DNA from: Kiritimatiellia bacterium
GTDB taxonomy: Bacteria; Verrucomicrobiota; Kiritimatiellia; JAKQHR01
DNA: 64,000 nt
Assembly: GCA_050178035.1 (NCBI GenBank)
Contig: JBFXGK010000001.1
Span: 128,679 to 192,678, forward strand
Direction: 5' to 3'
Shown: one piece after another, positions 20,251 to 29,788 of the stretch
How positions within the stretch are numbered: position 1 is the stretch's first letter
Layout: every line of letters begins with the position of its first letter
Notes under the pieces: generated by a model
The model's input: only the letters and a program-made list of their open reading frames with translations
The model's database searches: none
Told to the model about the DNA's origin: nothing
Program-made: the position numbers and the translations under genes

Positions 20251-21900
20251 TCACTTCCCGGCCATCATGGCCGCGACATCGGCCTGCACTTCGCCAGTCG
20301 GTTTGATGTCGAAGTTCTCAACCAGCACTTTGGCGACAGCGGGCGAAAGGAACGCCGGAAGCGTCGGCCCCAGGCGGATGCCTTTCACCCCCAGATGCAG
20401 CAGCGCCAGCAGCACCGCAACGGCCTTCTGCTCGTACCAGGCGATGTCGAACGAAAGCGGAAGGTCATTGATGGAGGCCAGACCGAACGCCTCCTTCAGC
20501 TTCAGGGCGATGACCGCCAGCGAGTAGCTGTCGTTGCACTGCCCAGCATCCAGCACGCGCGGAATGCCGCCGATGTCGCCGAGGTTCAGCTTGTTGTAAC
20601 GGTACTTCGCGCAGCCCGCGGTCAGGATGATCGTGTCCTTTGGCAGAGCCTCGGCTACTTCTGTGAAGTAGCTGCGGTTTTTGTGACGACCATCGCATCC
20701 GGCCATCACCACAAAGCGCTTGATCGCACCGGACTTGACAGCCTCCACCACCTTGCCGGCCACGGCCATGACCTGATTGTGTGCGAAACCACCGACGATT
20801 TCGCCGTTTTCAATCTCCTGCGGCGGCGGACACTTCTTCGCCTGCTCGATGATCGCGGAGAAATCCTTCTGCTTGCCCGGTTTGCGGTCGGGGATGTGCT
20901 TTGCGCCCGGCCAGCCGGCCATGCCCGTGGTGTAAAAACGGTTGAGATAAGAATCCTTCACCGGAATGATGCAGTTGGTCGTCAGCAGGATCGGCCCGTT
21001 GAACGAGGCGAATTCCTTGTCCTGAAGCCACCAGCTCCCGCCGTAGTTGCCGGCCAGGTGCTTGTATTTCTTGAAGGCCGGATAGTAATGGCACGGAAGC
21101 ATTTCTCCGTGGGTATAGACATCCACCCCCGTGCCCTCTGTCTGCTGCAGCAGTTCGTCCATGTCCTTCAGGTCGTGGCCCGAAATCAGAATGCCCGGAT
21201 TTTTGCGGACGCCGGTGGCAACTTTTGTGATTTCCGGATTGCCATAGGTCTCGGTATTGGCTTTGTCGAGCAGCGCCATGGTCGTTACGGCAATTTCGCC
21301 CGCCTTCAGGACCATGCCCACCATTTGATCAACACTGAGTTTCTGAGTGGTCGAGATCAGACCATCAACCACAAACCGGTAGATGGCGTCATCCTCATAG
21401 CCGAGAACAAGCGCGTGATCAGCGTAGGCCGCGATGCCCTTCAGGCCAATGATCAGAAGCTGCTGGAGCGACCGCACGTCCTCGTTCGGCTCGGACGGGA
21501 TGCCGACCAGAAGCGCCTTGACCTGCAGATCCTCGCCCTTCTTCGGAGCCCATGTCGCCGCGTCGGGCAGACTTTTCGCCCAGGCGGCGTCCTTCTTCTC
21601 GCACTGCTTGCGAATGGCGTCGCGCTGCGCAACAGCCTCATGGATCAGGCGGCTGATGACTGCATCGTCAAAGTTGGCATTGGTGATTGTGGAAAAAAGA
21701 CCGCGGATAATGGTCTGTCCGACTGCGCGGTCATACAGGCCCAGTTCATCGGCTTTCTTGCCGGCAATGGCCAGTCCTTTCAGAGAATGGATCAGAAGAT
21801 CCATCAGATTTGCCGTGGGCTCCTGTTTTCCGCAAACGCCCCGGACGGTGCATCCCTGATTCTTCGCGGTCTCCTGACACTGGAAGCAGAACATACTCAT
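20251..21900 (-). CDS. hcp: hybrid cluster protein / hydroxylamine reductase
   Basis: 549 aa; N-terminal [11 protein letters not shown]...CTVRGVCGK Cys cluster and full-length Hcp architecture. Confidence 0.95.
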   Translation of the reverse strand: MSMFCFQCQETAKNQGCTVRGVCGKQEPTANLMDLLIHSLKGLAIAGKKADELGLYDRAVGQTIIRGLFSTITNANFDDAVISRLIHEAVAQRDAIRKQCEKKDAAWAKSLPDAATWAPKKGEDLQVKALLVGIPSEPNEDVRSLQQLLIIGLKGIAAYADHALVLGYEDDAIYRFVVDGLISTTQKLSVDQMVGMVLKAGEIAVTTMALLDKANTETYGNPEITKVATGVRKNPGILISGHDLKDMDELLQQTEGTGVDVYTHGEMLPCHYYPAFKKYKHLAGNYGGSWWLQDKEFASFNGPILLTTNCIIPVKDSYLNRFYTTGMAGWPGAKHIPDRKPGKQKDFSAIIEQAKKCPPPQEIENGEIVGGFAHNQVMAVAGKVVEAVKSGAIKRFVVMAGCDGRHKNRSYFTEVAEALPKDTIILTAGCAKYRYNKLNLGDIGGIPRVLDAGQCNDSYSLAVIALKLKEAFGLASINDLPLSFDIAWYEQKAVAVLLALLHLGVKGIRLGPTLPAFLSPAVAKVLVENFDIKPTGEVQADVAAMMAGK

Positions 21901-22370
21901 GATTTTCCCTTTCCTTTTTTTGGTTGTTTATAAATTTCAGCCAGCGTTGTTTTCTCAAAGAAAGCGTTCAGGCGGTTTTGAAGAATGCAGACGGACCCCT
22001 TCATCGGGCATTTCCCGCTGTAGGGACAGGGCTGCCCCTTGCGGTTGCAGACATTCATATAGACCGGCCCCTGCACGGCCTCGACAATCCGTGCGAGGCT
22101 GATCTTCCGGGTCGGAAGGGCCAGCAGATATCCCCCGCGCTTTCCGCGCACGGTTTTCACGACTCCGGCTTTTGCGAGCGTCTGCATGATCTTGCGGAGG
22201 GCGGGCAGCGGCACTTTGCAGTCCTTCGCCAGTTCAAGCGTGTCGGTGCGGGTGCACCGCCGGTCCAGCACATGCAGTGCCCGGAGCGCGTAATCGGTCT
22301 CTCTTCTGAGTATTTCCATAAGCCATCCTTTAAATGCGACCAATTTAGTCCTATTTAACTCCCGCGTCAA
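21897..22370 (-). CDS. Rrf2-family transcriptional regulator (NsrR/IscR-like)
   Basis: 157 aa; [10 protein letters not shown]...GGYLLALP wHTH signature; C-terminal Cys residues; 4-nt overlap with hcp start. Confidence 0.85.
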   Translation of the reverse strand: MTRELNRTKLVAFKGWLMEILRRETDYALRALHVLDRRCTRTDTLELAKDCKVPLPALRKIMQTLAKAGVVKTVRGKRGGYLLALPTRKISLARIVEAVQGPVYMNVCNRKGQPCPYSGKCPMKGSVCILQNRLNAFFEKTTLAEIYKQPKKGKGKS

Positions 22371-22389
22371 CTAATTATATGAAATTATT

Positions 22390-22761
22390 TCAGGAAGTCT
22401 TTTTCGGCCAGGCCTTGAGGACGGCCATCACCTCTCGGACCCAGGTGCAAACGCACTTGACGGGACATCGGCCGTCCTGACCCAGATGGGAGCAGTAACC
22501 CGGACAGTCCGGTCCCCGGTAGGCACACGTCTGCCACACAGGTCCGTCGTAAAGGTTCCGGAAGTCTTCCACCGCCAGGGCAAGCGTGGTCGTGCATTCG
22601 GTCACATGGTTGAAAAGGAAATATCCCAACCGTTCCTCTTCAAAAAAAGGCTGATAGCCAAGAAATTCGACCGATGGATCTGACAGGAATGAATCCCGGT
22701 CCTTCCATGCCGTGCCGCAGGTCGTGCAGCGCTTGTAGATATGTACGCTCTCTTCTTTCAC
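22390..22761 (-). CDS. cysteine-rich hypothetical protein
   Basis: 123 aa; CTTCG, CAYRGPDCPGYCSH, CPVKCVC motifs; first gene of the hcp operon; no family recognised. Confidence 0.45.
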   Translation of the reverse strand: MKEESVHIYKRCTTCGTAWKDRDSFLSDPSVEFLGYQPFFEEERLGYFLFNHVTECTTTLALAVEDFRNLYDGPVWQTCAYRGPDCPGYCSHLGQDGRCPVKCVCTWVREVMAVLKAWPKKTS

Positions 22762-22854
22762 ATTCCCTCTTGCTCATGACAGTTTATTCGACGATCCCCG
22801 ACAAAGCAAGGGGGTGCTTCAACAATATCCGCGGCCTGCCGCCGGTTCAAAAAG

Positions 22855-22931
22855 TTCCAATCATTGGAAGTATTTCCGGGAAAAGTTCCAACCATTGGAA
22901 GTTTTGTGAAGAAAAGTTCCAATGATTGGAA
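22855..22931. promoter_or_regulatory. array of three 7-1-7 palindromes TTCCAAT-N-ATTGGAA, 31-bp centre spacing, upstream of the Cys-rich/rrf2/hcp operon
   Basis: TTCCAATCATTGGAA 22855-22869, TTCCAACCATTGGAA 22886-22900, TTCCAATGATTGGAA 22917-22931. Confidence 0.55.
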
Positions 22932-22961
22932 AAACCGCACCCTGTCTTTCGCGTGCTGCGT

Positions 22962-24107
22962 TCAGAAGCTGATGTTGCCGCCGCCATCCGTGGCGGTTCC
23001 TGCGATGTTTGTGCTCAAAACGCTGAAGCGGTTGTCAGCATACACGTTGCCGGCTGCTGAAAATACGATGCCGGTGTCAGATCCGGTGATCAGGTTGTTC
23101 TCAATGCAGTTGCGCGCGTTGTTCACATGAATGCCGTTGATCCAATTCCACGACACATTGTTGCCTGCGACATGGCAGGAAAGACTCGCGGAAAGCCCCC
23201 CGCAATCCGGGTCTCTCAGGGAGTTGTTGTTTCCAATGGTGTTGTTGTGCACCGAGCACCCGGTAGAGGCATAAATTCCCCATTCCGCATTGTGCATGCA
23301 AACGTTTTCCCCGATACGGTTGTAATCACCTCCAGAAATTCCATTTTTTGCGTTTTCAGACGCCACATTGCCCTGAATCAAACTCGAATCCCCTGCAACA
23401 ATGCCGGAACTCCCGTTTCCGCATGATGCGTTTCCGGAAACAACGCACCCCTCACCGGCATAGATGCCCCAGTATCCGTTCCCGTACACAATGCACTCTT
23501 CAACCTGCCCGCAGTTCCCTATCTCGATCCCGATTGAGCTGTTGGAAACAACTGTCACACCGTCCAGGATGCAGCCCTCAGTAGGAAAATAGATCCCGAT
23601 GCCTCCGTTGTTTATGATGCGCAGACCAGTCACCCGGTGAGCCCGAGGTTGAGATGAAAGCATAGACTCATAGGCATAAACACCGTTTGCCCCGAACTGG
23701 GCAACCGTTCCGTTGCGTACTTCCACGTTGCGCACGTTTCCGATGTAAATGCCATAGTGTGACACATCCAGCGGATTTCCCGTCAGCGTGAATCCGTTCA
23801 GATCAAGGGCAACATGATCGGCTGAAACAGAGATCCCTCCTTGTGTCACTGTCATGTTGTCTGTCAAATAATAGGATCCGCTGTTGGTGATTGCATAATG
23901 ATAGCCTGAAGAACCCGGCGTGTTGATTGCGCTCAGCGCGGTCCGCGGCTCGGACAGCAGGGTTTGCTGGTGAATTTGATACAGAGTCTTCATTGACGGG
24001 GCGGGCGCGCCCGCCGGCATCAGCAGGCCCTGGGCCAATATGCACTGGGCCCACAGAAGTGCCGACGCAAAAATCATCAGATGTTTCAAGCCAGCCTTCA
24101 TAAGCAT
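22962..24107 (-). CDS. secreted right-handed parallel beta-helix repeat protein
   Basis: ORF 22962..24299; start set to ATG at 24107 (MLMKAGLKHLMIFASALLWAQC signal peptide); Gly/Asn-rich repeats typical of beta-helix (pectate-lyase-like) folds. The N-terminal extension in the track is translation of the T-tract array. Confidence 0.7.
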   Translation of the reverse strand: MLMKAGLKHLMIFASALLWAQCILAQGLLMPAGAPAPSMKTLYQIHQQTLLSEPRTALSAINTPGSSGYHYAITNSGSYYLTDNMTVTQGGISVSADHVALDLNGFTLTGNPLDVSHYGIYIGNVRNVEVRNGTVAQFGANGVYAYESMLSSQPRAHRVTGLRIINNGGIGIYFPTEGCILDGVTVVSNSSIGIEIGNCGQVEECIVYGNGYWGIYAGEGCVVSGNASCGNGSSGIVAGDSSLIQGNVASENAKNGISGGDYNRIGENVCMHNAEWGIYASTGCSVHNNTIGNNNSLRDPDCGGLSASLSCHVAGNNVSWNWINGIHVNNARNCIENNLITGSDTGIVFSAAGNVYADNRFSVLSTNIAGTATDGGGNISF

Positions 24108-24224
24108 CCTCCCTCTTCGGCCTTTGCAGGCTTTTGTTGGAAGAAATGCTATCAAATATTCCGCAGGAAACAATCGAAGAAACGAACCGGTTTGCGCGCT
24201 TCTCGATCTTTTGCGGCGAATTAT

Positions 24225-24315
24225 GAAAAAATTGACGAAATTCGGCCAATTTTGAGCATTTTTAGCCGTTTTTGGCGTGTTTTCGCTAATTTTGGCCATT
24301 TCGATGCTTTTTCAG
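24225..24315. repeat. phased A/T-tract array
   Basis: gaaaaaattgacgaaattcggccaattttgagcatttttagccgtttttggcgtgttttcgctaattttggccatttcgatgctttttcag; T runs every ~10 bp. Confidence 0.5.
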
Positions 24316-24330
24316 GCCCTGCGAAGAACA

Positions 24331-24540
24331 TCATTTGTTACAGCAGGAACCGGCGGATTTCAGACCCATTTTTTTGAAGATCATCTCCGCGGGGCAGAAA
24401 CCCGTAAAGGCGGACTGGATCAAATTGACGCCCACAAAGCAGGCCAGCAACAGCCACCATTGATTCACAAAATGCGCCAGCGCCACACTCACCAGCACAA
24501 GCGTTCCCGCTAGAATACGAATTGCATTTTCAACTGTCAT
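24331..24540 (-). CDS. DUF2892-like small inner-membrane protein (YgaP-like TM domain)
   Basis: 69 aa; two hydrophobic helices and C-terminal FTGFCP motif. Confidence 0.5.
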   Translation of the reverse strand: MTVENAIRILAGTLVLVSVALAHFVNQWWLLLACFVGVNLIQSAFTGFCPAEMIFKKMGLKSAGSCCNK

Positions 24541-24555
24541 GGTTTCTCTCCTGAT

Positions 24556-25815
24556 TTAGAAACTGTAGCGGGCGGAGGCATACACGTTATTGTTGTCCTC
24601 AAATTGCCCGAAGAACGTATAATCCTCGCTGCCCATAAAGACATTCCCGCCAAGCGTGAACTTCCAGTCATCTGTCGCCTTGTACGAAACCGACGGGCGC
24701 AAATAGGCATCCTCGTCCGAGGGCGAATAGAAGGCGAAGAATGACAGCATCAGGTTCTGGTTGAGAAGCTGCTGCGTGAGCCGCAGGGTCAGCACATGGC
24801 GGTCCTCATCCGCCGCATTCATTCCCACTGGCAGAGTCTCTTCGTAAGCATCGTAATCCGCCATCAGTTCCAAATAATATTGAACCGCAAGGGTTAAATC
24901 CTGCATCAGTTCCTGCTGGTATCCGGCCATCAGGCGGGTTTCGCTGTTGCGGATCATAGGGTCATCCCCGTCACAGTCATCGCGCGAGTCATAATAGCCC
25001 GCCTCCAGGTTCGCGATGCCCTTCATGAACTGACCGCGCAGGCTTGCGCCGTACACGCCCAGCTCAGGGAATATCGCGCGGCCGGTCGCCATGTCGGAAC
25101 CTGCCGGACTCTTCCAGAATCCCTCATGGCCATAAACCGCAAGTTCATAACCTTTCACATTGCGTGATACACGGACGCTGATTTCATCGTCCTCGAACCA
25201 TTCATCGGGAATGTCGGCCTCCACAACGGCATCCTGTCCCGATCGCGCGCCGAGCCCGGCGTTCCAGAAGGAAATGCGGTCGCCGGAAATATAACGGTCG
25301 TGATCAAAACGCGGCGTGTAGACCACATCAATGTTCGCCCACGACGGGAACAGGCTCAGCTTCAGCGCATCAGACGGGGCCTTCAAATATTCCTCGTCGC
25401 GACCGATGAAAAATGAATTCCAATCTTTTGGGAACATGTCGTTGATGAACAGCAGGTCGCCCGTGCCCCAGGTCAGGATCTGGCGGCCGGCCTTCAGGTC
25501 CGCCCAGCTCACCGGCGATGCCGAAACATTGGCCTCGCGCAGGTCGATGGCCCCCTCGCCCGTTTCCAGGTCAATGTCATGCTCGTCCAGAACCCAGTCA
25601 TAGAGGAAATCCGACCGTAACTGGAGCGTCAGCGGACCCGCATACTCCAGAACGTCAAGCTGCAGGCGCAGTTCTCCAAGGCTTTCTTTCTCCTGGTTCG
25701 GATCAGTCTGCGTCCGCACGCCCGCGCGCACATCGGCAAAGCCATGCAGATCAACTGCCCGCGCAGCCCCGGCGGCGAGCATGAAGACGGTGAGAAAAAC
25801 AAGCGATCTTTTCAT
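24556..25815 (-). CDS. putative outer-membrane beta-barrel protein
   Basis: 419 aa; signal peptide MKRSLVFLTVFMLAAGAARA, alternating amphipathic strands, C-terminal aromatic YSF. Confidence 0.65.
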   Translation of the reverse strand: MKRSLVFLTVFMLAAGAARAVDLHGFADVRAGVRTQTDPNQEKESLGELRLQLDVLEYAGPLTLQLRSDFLYDWVLDEHDIDLETGEGAIDLREANVSASPVSWADLKAGRQILTWGTGDLLFINDMFPKDWNSFFIGRDEEYLKAPSDALKLSLFPSWANIDVVYTPRFDHDRYISGDRISFWNAGLGARSGQDAVVEADIPDEWFEDDEISVRVSRNVKGYELAVYGHEGFWKSPAGSDMATGRAIFPELGVYGASLRGQFMKGIANLEAGYYDSRDDCDGDDPMIRNSETRLMAGYQQELMQDLTLAVQYYLELMADYDAYEETLPVGMNAADEDRHVLTLRLTQQLLNQNLMLSFFAFYSPSDEDAYLRPSVSYKATDDWKFTLGGNVFMGSEDYTFFGQFEDNNNVYASARYSF

Positions 25816-25823
25816 TTCACTCC

Positions 25824-26612
25824 TCAGCGGGTGGCTTCACGCGGCGGACGTTTCAAAAAGCGCTCGGAGAAAATGGCGTCGTTCAGTCCAATATCGTACT
25901 TCACGCCGCTGAACGCATTGACGGTTTTACCGCCAGTGTTCAGGTCGCTGACCACCGATTCCATGACCGTCGGATACCCCTGAATGGTCTCAACCTTCGT
26001 GCCCTCGACGCGGCGGTAGAGTTTGCCGTTCTTGTCGTAATACTCGGCTTTGCGCGGAAGGAATGTGTCCCGATCAATCCAGACATTGTAAAAGGAAAAC
26101 TCCACTGATCCGGGATCTTTGGGAGTGTTCTTGATCTGGTACTGGCCGCCCTCAGAGGAGACCAGTTCATGCTCATCCGCATTCAGGTTGCGGCCGGATA
26201 CATCCTCGTACACGAAATCCGAACCGACAAAGCTCGTGCGCTTGTCGCCGGGAGCGATGCGGCGGACCAGATCCAGCGCCGGCAGATACATCCATCGGTC
26301 ATCATCCTGCCCCTCGCCCACTTTCTTCCAGACCAGATACACCATGCGGCGCACATCGGCGGGTTCATTGAAATAGACATAGAACTTCTGATTCTTGTCC
26401 TCCGTGTTCAGGCGCAGGATGCGGAACTCGCGGACACGTTCGCCGCCTTTGGCGTCGGTGATCGACATCTTCACATCCGCCTGTCCGTCTTTGCCCGCGT
26501 AATACGCGGCATCATTGGCCTTCGTGATGATTTCATCAACGGTCAAATCAGCGGCAGAAGCAATACCAGCAAATGCAATTATGAATAATGCAGCAAGATA
26601 TATGGTCTTCAT
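25824..26612 (-). CDS. LolA-like outer-membrane lipoprotein-sorting family protein
   Basis: 262 aa; signal peptide; domain family usually paired with MMPL transporters. Confidence 0.55.
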   Translation of the reverse strand: MKTIYLAALFIIAFAGIASAADLTVDEIITKANDAAYYAGKDGQADVKMSITDAKGGERVREFRILRLNTEDKNQKFYVYFNEPADVRRMVYLVWKKVGEGQDDDRWMYLPALDLVRRIAPGDKRTSFVGSDFVYEDVSGRNLNADEHELVSSEGGQYQIKNTPKDPGSVEFSFYNVWIDRDTFLPRKAEYYDKNGKLYRRVEGTKVETIQGYPTVMESVVSDLNTGGKTVNAFSGVKYDIGLNDAIFSERFLKRPPREATR

Positions 26613-26624
26613 ATCAGTCTCCTC

Positions 26625-29603
26625 TCAATTCTCTGTTTCATTCTTGAAAAGCACCTTCCGCAGCAATGTCACAAGCGCCACGAGAATAAACAGCGTCGCC
26701 AGCCAGGACACGAGCATGATCGCGGCCATGAAAAAGCCAACCGTCTTGTAGGGCACCAGCGGTGCGGCCAGCAGAGGGGTAAAACCAAAAGCAATCACAA
26801 TTGCATTGCGGCTGATGGCCATGGCCGGTTCCTTGAACATCTCGCGGCAGGCCAGTTTCCAGCTTCCGGCCTGCTTCTGGATTTCACGGGCGCGCTCAAG
26901 GAAGTGGATCGCAAAGTCCACGCTCAGGCCCAGGGTCAGCGCCGAGAGCACCGCCACCGGCATGTCGTAGTCCTTGCCGACGAGGCCGATCAGGCCATAG
27001 ATGAACGAAATGGTGACGGTCAGCGGGAGCATGGAGAGCAAACCCATCAGCGGCGAACGGAACAGAACCATCATCATAATGAGGACGATAATGAAACTGC
27101 TGCCGAGCGATGATAGCATGCCAACCACCATCTTATCCTGCCAGACGACATTCAAATAGGTCAGCCCGGCCCAGCCCGCCTGCAGGCCGCCCGGAGGAGG
27201 ATTGACCGCCATGTAATCTTCGACATCTTTCACCACAGCTTCCATGAACTTGTTGTCGCCGCTCTTGAGCTGCACCCAGATGTTGGCCTGCTGATAGTCT
27301 TTGGTCACCAGGTGGAACAGGCTGTCCTTTTTCTTGGAGCCCTCGAGCTGGGTGAACACCTGTGCGCAGGCGGAAGGTGTCTGCGGAATCGAATAGAAGG
27401 ATTCGTTGCGCTTTTTGTCGCCGTCATTTCCAGGCTCGAGATAGTTCAGTTCATACGAAGCCTTTTTCAATGCATCCACCGCCGAGCTGACTTTGCCGAC
27501 CACCTCATTCCCGACAATGTGCGCCTGCAGCTTCTCCACATAGGCGAGCACCTCCGGCTGCTTGAACAGCGGCGCGGAAAGATTGGCCTCCATTTCATAA
27601 ACAAACTCGCTGAACGACAGCGCCGTATATTCGTCACAAACCGCCAGCGCGGCGTTCTGCAAATCAGCGGCCGTGAGATTTTTCTGAGCTTCCAACTTCG
27701 ACAGCAGCGCAGCCCTGTCGCCCTCCCCCGCGCCCGCAGTTGCGTTGACGGCGGAAACCAGCGCGTCAAATGTCAGGCCTTCGGGATCAAGATAGTTGAT
27801 CTGGTCCGCCAGCGCATACCAGGAGGCCGAGGCTTCCTGATCAATCGCTTCGGCAGCCCGCACAAGACTTACAAAACATTTCCGCAAATCAGCCGACTGG
27901 ATATTCCGGTGCAACTGCTCCTGCTGCGCCAGTTGCGCAAGAAACCGCTTCAACGCTTCCGGCATTTTTTCGCCAAAACGCTTCTGAGCCTCTTCGCGAA
28001 TGATGGCCGCCTTCTCGAAGCAGTTAACAGCCTGCACTTCGGGTGAAGCCAGCGTCAGATAAGCGGTATACGTTCCGCCGAAATGATGATTCAGCACATC
28101 ATCCGCGACCCGGATGCGGTGCGATTTCACAAACCATTTGACGGGATTGTCGTTCACCTCGATGCGGGTTATGCCATAGACGGCGATCCCGATCACCAGA
28201 AGCGTTGCCACAATAATGAATTTCCAGCGCGCATACGAAAACTCTCCCAGCCATTCAAGGAACCGATCCAGCCTGGAATCCTTCATTTCACAACTGTGCT
28301 GGTCGTGAACTCTGCAGGCCTTGTCGAGCGACTTCTTCGAGACAAATATCATGATGTATGCCGGAACCAGCGTCATCGTGAGAACCCACGCCAGCATCAC
28401 GCCGAAGGCGACATGCAAACCAAAAACCTTGACCGGAGGAATCGGAGTGGTGGCCAGAGACGCAAAGCCCGCAATCGTGGTCAGGCTGGTGTAGAGCATG
28501 GGCATGAAAAGATGGCTGATCACATGCTGGATGGTTTTGCTTTTGTCCTGAAAGCGGTGATAAGTGTCGAAAAACTCGCTCAGGATATGAACCGAATCCG
28601 CCACGGAAATAGGCATCAGAAAAATGGCGATCATCGAGCTCATGATGTGCACATCATAACCCAGCCCAATCAGCAGCCCCATGGTGGTGATCACGCTGAC
28701 AATCGCGACTATCATCGGCGGGATGATCAGCGATATCCTGCGGAAGAACAGCAGCAGGAGCAGGAAAATCGCGACGCCGGCCAGCGGCGCGGAGGTGGCC
28801 ATCTGCACCAGCATCTCAACGCCAAATGTGTCCTGCGCCACCGGCTGACCGGTAATCAGCACGCGGTCCTCCGCAGGCCAGTCTTTCGTAAGCGCTTCCA
28901 CCAGATTGGCGACATTGAAACTGTAGGTTTTGGCGATGATTGGAATGTATACGCAGACAGCCTTTTCATCCTCGGAGACCAGCATCCCGTTATAGAGCGG
29001 GTTGTTCATGGCATCCTTGCGGATGGCCATGGCTTCCTCCCGAGTCTGCGGGGGCTTCTCCATGAGGTATTCGATCTTGAGCTGTCCCATGGCCGCCTGC
29101 TTGATGTTGTCCACCACGCCGGGGGCCATGATCTCGGGATTGATGATGACGCTTTGCCCCTCTCCATCGAACAGATTGTTCACGTCATGCCTGAACACAA
29201 CGCCCAGGGCGCGTTTCCACAAGCTCGCAGGGCGCAGCTCGGGAGTGACCACCTGGCCATCCGCGGGATTCACAACCGCCGGGCGGCCATCCTCCGTGCG
29301 GTTGAGACTGATGAGCTGCTTTGTCAGCGCATCCACACGGCCAAGAGTTGCGACATTGAAAATGCCGTCCGCGTGATTCGTGTTCACAATGCCGACGATC
29401 ACAAAATCATAGAGATTATACTTCTGCTTGATCTGGTTGTGGAACACCCGGACATATTCCTCCGGGGAAAGCATGTTCTCCGGGTCGTTGTCGAACTTCA
29501 CTTTTGGAAACTGAAGGGAAAACCCAATCACCATGGCCAGCACTGCAGCCATGACAAGCCACGGGTGCCGCACGCTGAAATTCGTCATTGCCAGTCTTTT
29601 CAT
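26625..29603 (-). CDS. MMPL/RND-superfamily transporter
   Basis: 992 aa; two 6-TM bundles each following a large periplasmic domain. Confidence 0.85.
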   Translation of the reverse strand: MKRLAMTNFSVRHPWLVMAAVLAMVIGFSLQFPKVKFDNDPENMLSPEEYVRVFHNQIKQKYNLYDFVIVGIVNTNHADGIFNVATLGRVDALTKQLISLNRTEDGRPAVVNPADGQVVTPELRPASLWKRALGVVFRHDVNNLFDGEGQSVIINPEIMAPGVVDNIKQAAMGQLKIEYLMEKPPQTREEAMAIRKDAMNNPLYNGMLVSEDEKAVCVYIPIIAKTYSFNVANLVEALTKDWPAEDRVLITGQPVAQDTFGVEMLVQMATSAPLAGVAIFLLLLLFFRRISLIIPPMIVAIVSVITTMGLLIGLGYDVHIMSSMIAIFLMPISVADSVHILSEFFDTYHRFQDKSKTIQHVISHLFMPMLYTSLTTIAGFASLATTPIPPVKVFGLHVAFGVMLAWVLTMTLVPAYIMIFVSKKSLDKACRVHDQHSCEMKDSRLDRFLEWLGEFSYARWKFIIVATLLVIGIAVYGITRIEVNDNPVKWFVKSHRIRVADDVLNHHFGGTYTAYLTLASPEVQAVNCFEKAAIIREEAQKRFGEKMPEALKRFLAQLAQQEQLHRNIQSADLRKCFVSLVRAAEAIDQEASASWYALADQINYLDPEGLTFDALVSAVNATAGAGEGDRAALLSKLEAQKNLTAADLQNAALAVCDEYTALSFSEFVYEMEANLSAPLFKQPEVLAYVEKLQAHIVGNEVVGKVSSAVDALKKASYELNYLEPGNDGDKKRNESFYSIPQTPSACAQVFTQLEGSKKKDSLFHLVTKDYQQANIWVQLKSGDNKFMEAVVKDVEDYMAVNPPPGGLQAGWAGLTYLNVVWQDKMVVGMLSSLGSSFIIVLIMMMVLFRSPLMGLLSMLPLTVTISFIYGLIGLVGKDYDMPVAVLSALTLGLSVDFAIHFLERAREIQKQAGSWKLACREMFKEPAMAISRNAIVIAFGFTPLLAAPLVPYKTVGFFMAAIMLVSWLATLFILVALVTLLRKVLFKNETEN

Positions 29604-29788
29604 ATAATCTCCTGATCCTCTTCGGGCGTTTTATACCACAAAAACGGCTTGTCCGAAGCAAAAACATAGCTCAAAATATCATTATATCTTGATATGTCAA
29701 TATATAGATTGCGTTTTCTGCGGAAAATCCTTTTGTTTGAATCCCGCACGCCCATCGGGTAACCTGTATCCGCTTTTAGAGTACGGAG

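Noticed and set aside
20023-21933. 636-aa + strand ORF
   Set aside because: Antisense to hcp and the 4Fe-4S protein gene; sense strand encodes canonical Hcp.
24108-24299. N-terminal extension of the beta-helix protein (MAKISENTPKTAKNAQNWPNFVNFF...) and the analogous Lys-rich extension of the CPBP protease ORF (37635-37865)
   Set aside because: These are translations of the phased T-tract arrays; a downstream ATG gives a proper signal peptide or TM start, and the track simply takes the furthest-upstream start codon.
28083-29615. 510-aa + strand ORF
   Set aside because: Antisense to the MMPL transporter gene; His/Arg-rich.
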